A stretch of DNA of 64,000 nucleotides from Enoplolaimus lenunculus (Eukaryota), in contig JASANG010002092.1 of assembly GCA_030248215.1 (NCBI GenBank), positions 248,001 through 312,000 of the forward strand, read 5' to 3'. Shown in pieces: positions 27,601 through 37,383 of this stretch (positions within the stretch are counted from its first letter, which is position 1; each line of letters begins with the position of its first letter). Position numbers and translations under genes: made by a program. A model generated the notes under the pieces. The model did not search any database, was not told where the DNA came from, and saw only the letters and a program-made list of their open reading frames with translations.

Positions 27601-30488
27601 TAGTGGTGGGAGTGGTACAAATTTTGCATCGCATCATGATCACCAGCAACAAAATCAGTACGCCGTATCGACTGGTTCAAATGCACCGGGTAGTTACAAC
27701 AGTAACACGATGAGCTACAACAACAACAACAACAACAACAACACTGATTCCAACCTTAATGCTGGTTCGGCCGCGTTTGCTGCAGGCGTCTTTAATTCTG
27801 GTGGTAGTAGTTCAAAAAGTTTTGGCAGTGGTGGCAAAATAGCGACTGTCGGTAGCAAATCAACAAGCAAAACAAATGCAGTAGTAACTACGGCACCTTC
27901 GGTGACCGATACAAATCAAGGTTATCCAACGGCTACAAACGTGAACCGCCATGACCAACAACGGCTTCAGCACGTAACAGCAGGTGATAACAAAACTGGG
28001 GGTGATGGTAATGATTTAGCATCATCTGTGGCAGCCGCCTCTGACCTGGTCACTACTGGTTCGTTTTCGTCATTTACAAGTAGCGCAACATCGTATCGCG
28101 CAGCCACAGGTGGTAATTCCACCGCTGCAGCTAGATTTTCAAATGTACCACAAGGGTAAGTGTGCAATAACTTTCGTAGGAAAATAGAAAATGTTCTTGA
28201 ATAGCGTGGTGATTTGACCTGCTATTGCGAGAAATAAATTAATGGAAACTGTTGAATTTAGTGATTAAACATGGTTGTGGATTACCTTGCTAGTTGTATG
28301 TATGTATTTGGTACGTTTAAATAATATTTTGGATAAATTAGCGGCATCTACAGTTCTTGATGAAGAAGCTACTGATTAGAGAAAGCCTATATGTGTAGGT
28401 TACTAATGCAGATACTGAGATTCTTTGCGTTAATGTCGTCAAACGTCAAATTTATTGTTACAGAGGACGTGGAGGTGGTCCCGAATCTCGATATTATTTC
28501 TGTCGACCCGGATATTCTGATCAAAACCTCCATTATCAAAGGTAAACGGCAGGGTGCGCCCGGATATCCGTTTCCGGTTTAATATCCGGTAAAAACAGCT
28601 ATACGTATCCGGTTGTGGTATCCGGTATAAACCAACCGAATATTTACGGTCAGCAAATACAGCGAAAAAATAAATTATTCTAACGCATATAATATCCGGT
28701 ATTCGGTTCTTGTTCCGGTGAAAATTCAATATCCGTATCCGGTAAATTTATGTTCAGTCACACCATGGACTACGATACTTCTGTTAGTTTGGATTTTAAA
28801 TTTGCTTCTTCTCAGTGTGGAAAGCTTATAAAGCTTCTTGCGTTACTAGAAAATGCTATCGCAGCAAAATATTTCGCTAAAATCCAATTCCACCTGTAAA
28901 ATTTAACTTTATGATATTCGGGACCACAGCTGTAAATATTCGGTATTCATTTAACCAGGATGCAACCGGAATTCCGATTCCGATTTGAATTGCGATTTAA
29001 AATGAATTCCGATATGATTCCGGTTGCACAATCAATCGGAATCGGAATTTTTAAATTTTAATTTTAATTCTATTTGTTGTGATATGTTGTATAAGAATTT
29101 GGTATCATATCTATTAAATAGCTTTCTTTGATTTAACTTATCAGTAATAGAATGTAGTTCAGCTTTACAGAACCAAAAATCATCGCCAATTTGTTCATGC
29201 GACGTTTTTGAAAATGGTTGCCAGCCAACGGACACCCTAAATCATTATTATATTTGTTAATACAAAATTATAGGTACAGTCACAAAATGTCTAGTTTTGA
29301 TTTCGATTAGAATTCCGGTATAAGTTTGCTGTTCCGATTCCGATTCCGGAATAATCCAGTTCCGGTTTGCAGTATGCTCAGTATTTACCTAAGTCGCCGG
29401 CTTAAATCCTTAACTTTTCAAACAAAAATAAAAAAACGGCAAATTTGACTTAGTGTCCGGAATTTTTTGAGGTACTACATAGCTATAATTGCAGTTAGAC
29501 CAAGGTGAAATGACTAAACTGTTACTCTGTAAGTACGTCAAAAAAGGTCTGTAACTAAATATTTGCTTAACTTAAGCACGATTTTAAAAAACGATGGATT
29601 GATTAAGTAATTGTTTTTCAAATACTTAAATGTAAAAACCTTGTAGATTATTCGGGTCACGATTGGTTTGTTTCAGCTTAAGACCACGAGGTTATGGTCG
29701 GCCATACGCACGAGGTAGTGGTGGACGGCATGGTGGTTCCACTCTGGAACGTGATTCGTTTCCATGGAACTCGGTACGTGAAAGCTAATTGATGCTCTAC
29801 ATAAATTTGGACGTAATTTGAACTTATTCTAGATTAGTGAAGTGTAGAATATTTAGTAGACCTTATTTTAGGAATTCTGCAAATTTAAAATTAGCCAATT
29901 TTTTTATTCTCTGTCGCATCCAAATTCCGAAATTTTTTCAATCCGTGTAGTACCACTACAACTGGTTAATAGCGTTATACTTTATTATACTTTTAGATGA
30001 GAGACCGGACGGGTATTTTTGTATCGACAGGTGGTATAGCTGGCGGCGGTATTAGTGCCCCGTATAGTAATCGAGATATGAGTGCTGCGGGTGGCGGTTT
30101 ACTGGCATCTCCGCCAGGTGGCTACTATTCTCATCCGTTAGGCATTCCTGGACCTAATGGTGGTCCAGCGTCATCCGGCATGCTAGTGCCATCGTTGTAC
30201 CACTCACACTATCATAATAGCCATCTGTCGCATCACAGTTATCACACACCATATCAAACCAGCGGTTATAATCATCAATTTATGACCGGGGCAACTCCGA
30301 CAGGGCCAAGTGGTGATTTTGATGGAAATTCAACGGATGACTATGCTCCTACAGAAAGGGCTGCCGGAGGAACCATTGCACCGCATGTGCGGATGGGACA
30401 ACCGTGGCACGTTTACGATGAACGACATCATTATCATCAGCCGCAAATGCAGTTGAGAAGCGCTCGTAATGTTAATAATAATAATAAT

Positions 30489-30523
<35 letters not shown>

Positions 30524-31052
30524 TGATAATAATATTAGTAACAATAATAATATTAATAACAATAATAATAACAGTAATGATCCTCAGGTGAGTCAGTGTC
30601 GAAACACTGCAGGCAGTGAAGATAAAAAGCTAGTTCGAGCAGAAGACAGTTGTTGTGAGGATGATGATAGCAGCAAAATGGACAAAACGAGTAAAAACGG
30701 TGGAGGAACAAAAAAAATGGTCGGTACTATCTCCGCCAATCCTGAGACAGCAAATGATTCGGCTAAAGATTGTCAATCGGTGATGGGCAACAATGCTGAT
30801 GTGTCCGACGTTTCAGTTGCAGAAAAGATTGATAATTGCGATTCGCAGATTGAAGTAGTCGAAGAAGGCAAATGCGATAGTTTGAAGTCAAATCTAAAAG
30901 ATGCCGATGACATTGAGACAAAATACGGATGCGACAATTCAAGTGCTGAGAACAAAAAGAAGCATGCAGGTAATGAGAACAATAGCAACAGCAGCAGCAA
31001 CATTATCATCAACAACAACAACAACAGCAGCAGCAGCAACAGCAGCAGCAGC

Positions 31053-31137
<85 letters not shown>

Positions 31138-34100
31138 GTAATAACACTTGCGAAAACGAACGAGAAGTCAGCGATATATTGTCAAGAAAAAATACAAGCA
31201 CTAAAACATACACGGTATCGTTAAACAAAAAACGAACTGACATTAAGTTAAGCGATATGTCTGCTGCAACAACCACGGCATCAAATATGTGTTTGAATTC
31301 CATTCCAGCTACGACCACTTCTGTGAACAGTAGTCACGATTTATATGGTGTTGGTGGAGGAAACATGCCGCAAGAAATGTTCACTGGAGAAGAACGAAGG
31401 CGCGGTGCGGCTAGAGGAGGTTCTGCGGGTTCAAACAATTACAACAGCTGTATCAGTAACCATAATAATGGCCATTCGCATTCTGCGAAACACAACGTCA
31501 ATAGTTATAGAGGTGGTGGTGGTGTTCATAGGCAAGCACAACAAGGTGGCGGAACATCAGAATCTCAGGGGCGAAAGGAATCAATTTCGAAGGCGACAAC
31601 GTTCGAGCTTGAACCAACTGCGTTCCCGCCGTTACCCGGAGCTGCAGACAACTGTAGTGGTGGAAACTATAGCGCTACAAACACCACGAGTCATGATCAG
31701 GTCAGTGTTTTATTGTTTAGTGATTTTTCATTTTTGAGACGGTCGCACCTTTTTATTGTGTGTCGCCCAAATATATTGAAAGTATGCTACAATACACTGA
31801 GCATTGGCTGGTTCGCGGCGGAGTGGGGAAAATTTCGGAGTGGGACGGGGGTTGAAGAATTTTTAGTAAACCGTTAGCTGCACTAGTCAGTGTTTAGTTA
31901 CCTACGTCTACAAATAAGCACATGGTCAAAAACAACCATAGAAATAATAAACATTGATCAAAAATATGACATATGATCGAGAGGAGAGGGTATGTTTAAT
32001 TCATACGGAATTTTTCGCAAAAATGTAAATAGCGTAAAATAAACTGGGGGAGAAATCGTGAGTGGGGGGGCTGAATCGGGCGGAAAATGTGAAGTGTGGG
32101 GGGGGGCTTTGCGAGCCCCCAGATGCAAAGACAGCGGTAATTTTGAGTGTTATAATATTTTATATAATATATGTTGTGCTCGAGCGGTATTACGTTCACA
32201 TTACTGTTTCGGACATAATTAAATAAGTGCAATCCCGATTGTTGTTTCTTGAACGATACGAACGCGATTCGAACTTCTCGAGGTTACAGTGCGCATACTC
32301 GCTACTACAGCAGTGTCGCGATTGCCTAGTATTAAATTTTCAATCGTTGGAACACTAACACGTGATCGCGATTGCTGCGAAATCCGCACTCAAGTCTCTG
32401 TCTGTGACAATGCATTTTATTATGTCCGAATCCGATTTAAAAAATGTGTCGTATTGCAGATTTTTAGAGCATCAATTATATTAAGCATCAATTATCTTAC
32501 TTTGGAATGCTTTTTTGCAGGAGTTGTCCGACATGGCAGAGGTCATACGCAAAAATTGTAAAAGCATAGTCAAGAACTCAGAGACTCTTATTACCACTAT
32601 TGCCGATACTGCAACAGTTGCAACGTGTTCCTCGTCATCTCATTCTCACAAAAACACATCTCAGCAATTAATGCATTTGCAGCAACCACAAGCAACCGTG
32701 GCCGCTGTTACGTCAGGTTCTGCCACTAAATTAGCGTCTGGTGGGAAAGAAGCTATATCTGTTGGTGATCAACAACATGTTCTGAAAAACGCGTGGAATA
32801 AAGTGAGTACTCCTACCTTGTTCCTTACATATATGTACTTTAGTTAACTGAATTCTACTGCAGCAATCGCGTTTTAAAAAGCATACCATAAGGGATTACA
32901 AGATCTAAAGGGCAACTATTGTTATTGTATTGCTGGATCAATGATGATATTTTTTGCAAATGACGTCATATATGTGTACCACACCATTGTGTATCCAAGT
33001 GGAAATTAAATGGAGATAAAATATTATAAAAAAATCAACAACCGCTGTAAAAAAATTTTATAGACGCCGATATCGTTAGCTGCTGAGAACGAAAACAACA
33101 CTGACAAGAGCAACAGTCATAACACGAACAGCAAAAAAACTCCAATCAAAAATATCATAGATGAAGACCAACGAAGTTAGTTTGTAAATATATATTATAT
33201 AATGTGTGTACAGCTTAAAATTTTGTAATGAGCTGAAAACCCAGAATGTAATGCGAAAATTATTAAAAGGTTTGGTAATGAATGTCTGCAAGTCTATGTT
33301 TCTCTTTCGTGATATAATGTCATATTGTTAAACTTTTCAGATGACAACCAAAATCGAACGGAAACCAAAACAACCAAAAGCCATATTAATCACAACAGTT
33401 ATTGTAATATCGAAAAAATTGCGGGTATAACTACTGCTACAACAACTACTACTGCTGCAACTAAAACAACTTGCTCTGATCACACCTCAACAATTATTTC
33501 CGATTCGGCGACATTTAGTCAACAAATACAGAGGTATCAGCAACTTTATACTATTGGTTACCCCCAGGAGTGCATGATAGACAAGACTTTGACACTTTTC
33601 CATCAACGCACCTAATTAAAATAGTGAGGTACCATGTGTACTCAACGAGTGGCATGCAATGTGCGTTATACACTCTTGGTTACACTAAGAATTGTAAATA
33701 GAGCCCACTTTAAATAAAAATATTAAAACTGGTGTATTCTGTGTACAAAAAATGTATCCAGCATAAGTTGCATTTTTAAAATCATACTCCCTTATAGTTG
33801 AAATTGGTCTAAACAAAAACAATGCATATTTCACGTGCGACTAAGTGCCTCCTTTATATTTTCAAATCGTATTACATGTGACACAAACCCACTCTAAGCG
33901 TAATGAGGGTCTGGTTGAAACGCAAAGGGCGATGATACATTATGCAACATGTAATAGCACATCAGTTACATCAGTTACATACTCTAGATGAACGCAAGCA
34001 TTGTCGACTCTTGATATACAAATTCGAGGTTGATAGCAAACCTACCAGTTGTTGAAAGAACATCATCCCATCTTTCATAGTGGTTTCAGAATGATCAAAC

Positions 34101-35135
34101 GTTTGTTAAAATACCTAATTTGAGTTTATTATTATGATTATGTTTGCAGTAATTCAACACCTTTATCATCGTCATCCTGTCAGCAACTACAAGACGTTGC
34201 GGTTAATAGTGAAGATATATGTGATAATGACCAGGAGCCGTGCAAAGTTACATCAAGAAAAGTGCCAAAAAATGTTGCGACAATGGCAGTAGGAATAGTC
34301 AGTGGTCGACTGACAACAAAAGCATCCGTTGCGACCCAAACTTCGGCAGAGGTAGGTACATTAACATCCGTATGAGGTATGGTCTCTTTCTGTTACATTA
34401 ATAGCTAACAGGCAGCGGTGCACCGGAAATTCCTGCAAAAATCCGATCCCTGTTCCGGCATCGATAGACGCAGAAACCGGAATACTTACAGATTTCACGC
34501 GAGATATCACATATCAGCTTTTAAATAGAAATTTGCCTCTTAAAGATCTTTAACTCAGATTTTATGCAATTTGTGTTTATTTTGCAGATCCCTCGTGTTA
34601 TTATAAATTACGCATATCATGTTTTCGCAGACTTTACCAATAGGTTATTGTTGCGTTATAGCCAGTTGACTCGAGTTCATTAGTTTCGCCAATTTTTGCA
34701 TGGGTGCTAACATTAGATTGTTAGCTAAATAAAATAATGAAATTTGTATTCACGTCTACACTTTGCTTGTAGTTTCCTTTAGAATGAATCGTTGAGAAAC
34801 ACAGGGTCGCACTATAGTTTTTGACTATTTTAATGTCATCCAGCACCGTGCTTGTGCGCGTGGCAACCAGTTACTTTAAGGGTACAATTTTAACTTGCGG
34901 TACAGTTCGGCGCACCACAAGTATAGCGATACCTTAACACCGTCTGCGCTGCGTTTTCAGGAGAACTGTGATACACGTAAGAAAGCATCAAAAACACATC
35001 ATCGACATCATCATCACCATCATCATCATCATCGTCATAGTAGTAGTAGTAACACAAGTAACAAGGAAAACCAAACGGCTGGTGACAACAAATACAGTGA
35101 AACTCAATCACACCATCAGCAAGAACACCACCACC

Positions 35136-35166
<31 letters not shown>

Positions 35167-35174
35167 TGAACAAG

Positions 35175-35215
<41 letters not shown>

Positions 35216-35471
35216 GAAGAACAACAACAAGAAGAAGAAGAACAACAACAACAACAACAACAACACCAACAACTGCAGGATTGCGAGCGACCAGTAGAGG
35301 ATCAGAATGCTCAAGGGGAGCAATCAGCAGCAGCATCTGCGTTAAATGACACAGACGCAGCTACTGTTGATAGTAACAACAAGCGGCTAAGTTACGCTGA
35401 AATGGCGCAGAAAAGTAAAAACAAACACGCGTCACAACATCAACAACCGCAACAACCACCGTCACAACAGC

Positions 35472-35515
<44 letters not shown>

Positions 35516-37383
35516 AAACAACAACAACAACCACAGCAGCAGCATGGATTACGAAACAGTAATTCGGAGGTGCAATCCGGGCGTGGAATTAAGAGTAGTT
35601 GTTCCTCTGGTGGTGATGTTGTAACAAAGGCTGACACTACTGGGTGCAAAACTTCGACTGAGGGTGCCAAATTGGCGGCAGCTAGTAAAGCAAACTCGAG
35701 ATATGTCCACACTATTGGGTCAAACAATGCTGCAAAGCAGTCTCAGCCAGATGATGTTGGTAGCACCAAGATTTTGGCTTTTGAAAATGATACTTTGCCA
35801 CCTGAATCTCCTGGTAGTGGAAGTAGCAGGCCAATATCGAGTTATGCTACTAAACGAAATATTAAAATTGGACCAACTGTTAATGGTGCTAGTATAGCGA
35901 AAAGCTGTGAGCACAGTGTTCTGCTCGGTGGAACAACTGGCTCTTCCGGATATCCCATGATAACGCAGAGTATACAACGAAGCCATTTGCCTGCAAAACA
36001 TCCGCCACGAGAGATACCGCCACCTCCGACGCCGCCTCTGAACAGGTGAGTGCTCTTAATGGTATACTTTGTTGAGCATTTTTTAAACAATAAGTCTAAT
36101 ATATGTCGTCATATTAAATTAGTTTTTTGAAATCTTTTTACTTTTTACTATGTTAGTTTCAACAAGAGCGGATAATGTTTTTACAACTGTCCAACTGTGT
36201 ACATGCTGCATACAAAAGAATATACCCAGCACATGTAGCATTTTTGGCCTACCCACTGTTTAGGAGGTGGGTCAAGTTTGCTTAATTGGAGAAAATCTGT
36301 AATTATTTCGGGCGCTTAGATGCTCTGCTTAAATTATTGAGCAGATCGTGCGTTTTTGCAAATCTATACGTATTGAGTGTGACAACCCTCACAAAAATCA
36401 GGAAGATCGGGCTAAAATGTAAAGCGCGGTGGTACATTTTGCGCTATGGACAAACTCGTCAGTTGCACACTCTTCTGCATGATGGAGATTATCCACTCTT
36501 AGTTGAAATCAGCATTGTTGCACATACAGCTTGACAAAGAATAAAAGTTGTTTTATTGTCTTCTGCATGATGGAGATTATCCACTCTTAGTTGAAATCAG
36601 CATTGTTGCACATACAGCTTGACAAAGAATAAAAGTTGTTTTATTGTCTTCTGCATGATGGAGATTATCCACTCTTAGTTGAAATCAGCATTGTTGCACA
36701 TACAGCTTGATAAAGAATAAAAGTTGTTTTATTGCTGCACGATTGTGTCTTGCTTCAGCCCGACAACGCGTGTGGCTCCAAACTTGCAACGTCAGCCAGC
36801 AGCAACTCCGCAAGAACAACAAATTGTACAGCCCACGGCGGCTCAAAATAACAATATGTAAGTCATAATTAAATTATGTTCACATTTTAACATTATTTTG
36901 CCTTACCCATTCACTTATGGAGGTTTGAAACCATGAAAATAGAGGAAAAACGATTACATTATATAACGTCCTTTTATATTCTTGATCAAATTTTGCGTCC
37001 ATTTTCATTATTAGGTGTGTTCTGGATCTAACCGACCCACCATAAAATAATGAGAGGTGATCATGGGTAAAACGCAACGTCACTCTTGTTTATAGACGTA
37101 AAGCGCTATTGTAATATTACTTTTGTCGTGCGCTTTATGAGCCTGAGATCGTAAGTTGAAAGGTTTGTATTAATGGTTGGCAATAAACATTGAAATACAA
37201 ATGAAGTGTGGTAGTGTATAATTTTGCATCTCCACGAAAATTAAATTTTGTTTTCACTATCCTTTGCACGGCTGGTTTTCCTTTGCTGTCAAAGTCAAAG
37301 TCGGTGGACGCAGTGTTTTAGCGATAACATTGCTTTTCGTTATTTGTAGCACCTCCACGAAATTCGTAGCATCGGCAGAGTGA
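476..37383 (+). CDS. LARP4: La-related protein 4 (LARP4/4B family), multi-exon, 5' end incomplete
   Basis: Exons inferred from GT/AG sites with matching phases: 476-608, 12753-13181, 16527-16868, 18452-18968, 19442-19578, 19977-20080, 20331-20495, 21259-23538, 23789-23866, 24460-24599, 27571-28155, 29677-29773, 29997-31700, 32521-32802, 33064-33175, 33341-33533, 34150-34351, 34961-36045, 36759-36857, 37350-37383 (TGA). Total 8718 nt, open throughout. Family motifs seen: La motif [39 protein letters not shown] ...[18 protein letters not shown]...[44 protein letters not shown]-terminal [21 protein letters not shown] and [11 protein letters not shown]. The small low-complexity exons are less certain than the domain exons. 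Confidence 0.93.
1583..3085. mobile_element. non-autonomous DNA element with subterminal 16-17 bp repeat arrays (CCGGACAAAAGGCCG)
   Basis: Termini GGTGACCGGAC / GTCCCGGAACC are inverted. Direct 16-17-mer arrays lie at 1590-1654 and 2312-2470, with an inverted array at ~2975-3085. The element is interrupted by a MITE at 1655-2311. Confidence 0.65.
1655..2311 (+). mobile_element. hAT-like MITE family A, copy 1
   Basis: TIR CAGGGATGGGCGGTCTCG / CGAGACCGCCCATCCCTG; 8-bp TSD ccctctgg/ccgtctgg (7/8). Confidence 0.88.
4704..5464 (+). mobile_element. hAT-like MITE family A, copy 2
   Basis: Same TIRs and internal sequence as 1655-2311; TSD cggcataa/ccgcataa (7/8); inserted in a family C remnant (ATGTGCCGATTAATC...CGGCATCGG). 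Confidence 0.88.
6586..6658 (-). pseudogene. second, more decayed copy of the same tRNA-derived unit
   Basis: GGCTGCGTAGCTAAGTGGTTAAAGCAGCGGACCGGTTATCAGTACATCGTGGATTCGAGACCCACTGGATCCG; flanks are homologous to the 6842-6914 unit (~256-bp period). Confidence 0.6.
6842..6914 (-). pseudogene. tRNA-derived sequence (tRNA-Thr-like, GGT loop); SINE head or tRNA pseudogene
   Basis: Minus strand GTCTGCG TAGCTCAGTGGTTAGCGC A GCGGA CCGGTAA TCCGC ACGTC GTAAG TTCGAGC CCCAC CGCATCC A. A box, B box and anticodon stem are present; acceptor and T stems are mismatched and position 33 is C. Confidence 0.7.
8024..8599. mobile_element. MITE family B-like copy
   Basis: CAGGGTGCACCCGGAATTCCGATTCCG start and CCACCCTG end; no clear TSD. 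Confidence 0.55.
11497..11826 (+). mobile_element. hAT-like MITE family B variant
   Basis: Starts CAGGGTGCAACCGGAATTCCGATTCCG and ends TTTGCAGCCTA; TSD gccaccct/gcgaccct (7/8); homologous to 28956-29376. Confidence 0.75.
12509..12574. repeat. 33-bp perfect tandem duplication
   Basis: GTTAGCAACATTTCATGTGTTATTCTAAGATCA x2. Confidence 0.9.
14962..15522. repeat. GC-rich 65-bp minisatellite, ~8.5 units, each with an internal hairpin
   Basis: GGACCGCAAAATAGCTGGGCGGTCCG recurs at 14965, 15030, 15095, 15160, 15257, 15322, 15387 and 15452; CGGACCGC/GCGGTCCG is an 8-bp inverted repeat within each unit. Confidence 0.92.
18452..20495 (+). CDS. LARP4: LARP4 La module (La motif + RRM) exons 18452-18968, 19442-19578, 19977-20080, 20331-20495
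   Basis: Translation matches the LARP4 La motif and RRM across four exons with canonical splice sites and consistent phases. Confidence 0.96.
21259..23538 (+). CDS. LARP4: LARP4 2280-nt exon (ARIK + long T/S/N/G/C-rich region)
   Basis: ctaacag| acceptor gives ARIK, completing the RRM; 760 open codons; CTG|gtgagc donor. Confidence 0.88.
24769..25666. mobile_element. hAT-like MITE family B (CCGG-rich), hosting family A copy 3
   Basis: TIR CAAGGATCGGCCGGATAT / ATATCCAGTCGATTCCTG; perfect 8-bp TSD TACTTAAG at 24761-24768 and 25667-25674. Confidence 0.85.
25021..25513 (-). mobile_element. hAT-like MITE family A, copy 3 (internally deleted, inverted)
   Basis: Reverse-complement match to copies 1 and 2; perfect 8-bp TSD GTATTTTG at 25013-25020 and 25514-25521. 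Confidence 0.88.
26947..27050 (+). mobile_element. MITE family A 5' fragment
   Basis: GGATGGGCGGTCTCGGTCTAGGCAAGTCTCG...AAAGAGGTGAAAA matches the family A left end. Confidence 0.7.
28549..28765. mobile_element. MITE family B-like copy
   Basis: CAGGGTGCGCCCGGATATCCG start with repeated ATCCGGT subterminal motifs. Confidence 0.55.
28956..29376 (+). mobile_element. hAT-like MITE family B variant
   Basis: CAGGATGCAACCGGAATTCCGATTCCG...CCAGTTCCGGTTTGCAG; colinear with 11497-11826. Confidence 0.7.
29997..31700 (+). CDS. LARP4: LARP4 1704-nt exon with poly-N tracts and [13 protein letters not shown] motif
   Basis: ttttag|ATG acceptor, CAG|gtcagt donor. FxLxxxxFPPLPG is the conserved LARP4 C-terminal (RACK1-interaction region) motif. 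Confidence 0.9.
31010..31138 (+). repeat. (AAC)n/(AGC)n coding microsatellite (poly-N/poly-S)
   Basis: Long uninterrupted AAC run in the LARP4 reading frame; an (AAT)n poly-N tract is also present at ~30472-30573. Confidence 0.95.
34961..36045 (+). CDS. LARP4: LARP4 exon with poly-H/poly-Q and [11 protein letters not shown] motif
   Basis: ttttcag|GAG acceptor, AG|gtgagt donor. LSYAE..QK resembles the LARP4 motif RKLSYAEVCQK. Confidence 0.88.
35130..35540 (+). repeat. (CAA)n coding microsatellites (poly-Q)
   Basis: Several CAA runs interspersed with GAA/CAG in the LARP4 frame. Confidence 0.95.
36471..36734. repeat. 88-bp tandem triplication, near-perfect
   Basis: CTTCTGCATGATGGAG... starts at 36472, 36560 and 36648; about one substitution among the copies. 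Confidence 0.95.

Noticed and set aside
30773..31318. Minus-strand poly-Leu ORF (also poly-Val, poly-Cys and poly-Thr ORFs at 30901 and 34890-35727)
   Set aside because: Antisense or off-frame shadows of the CAA/AAC microsatellites in LARP4 exons.
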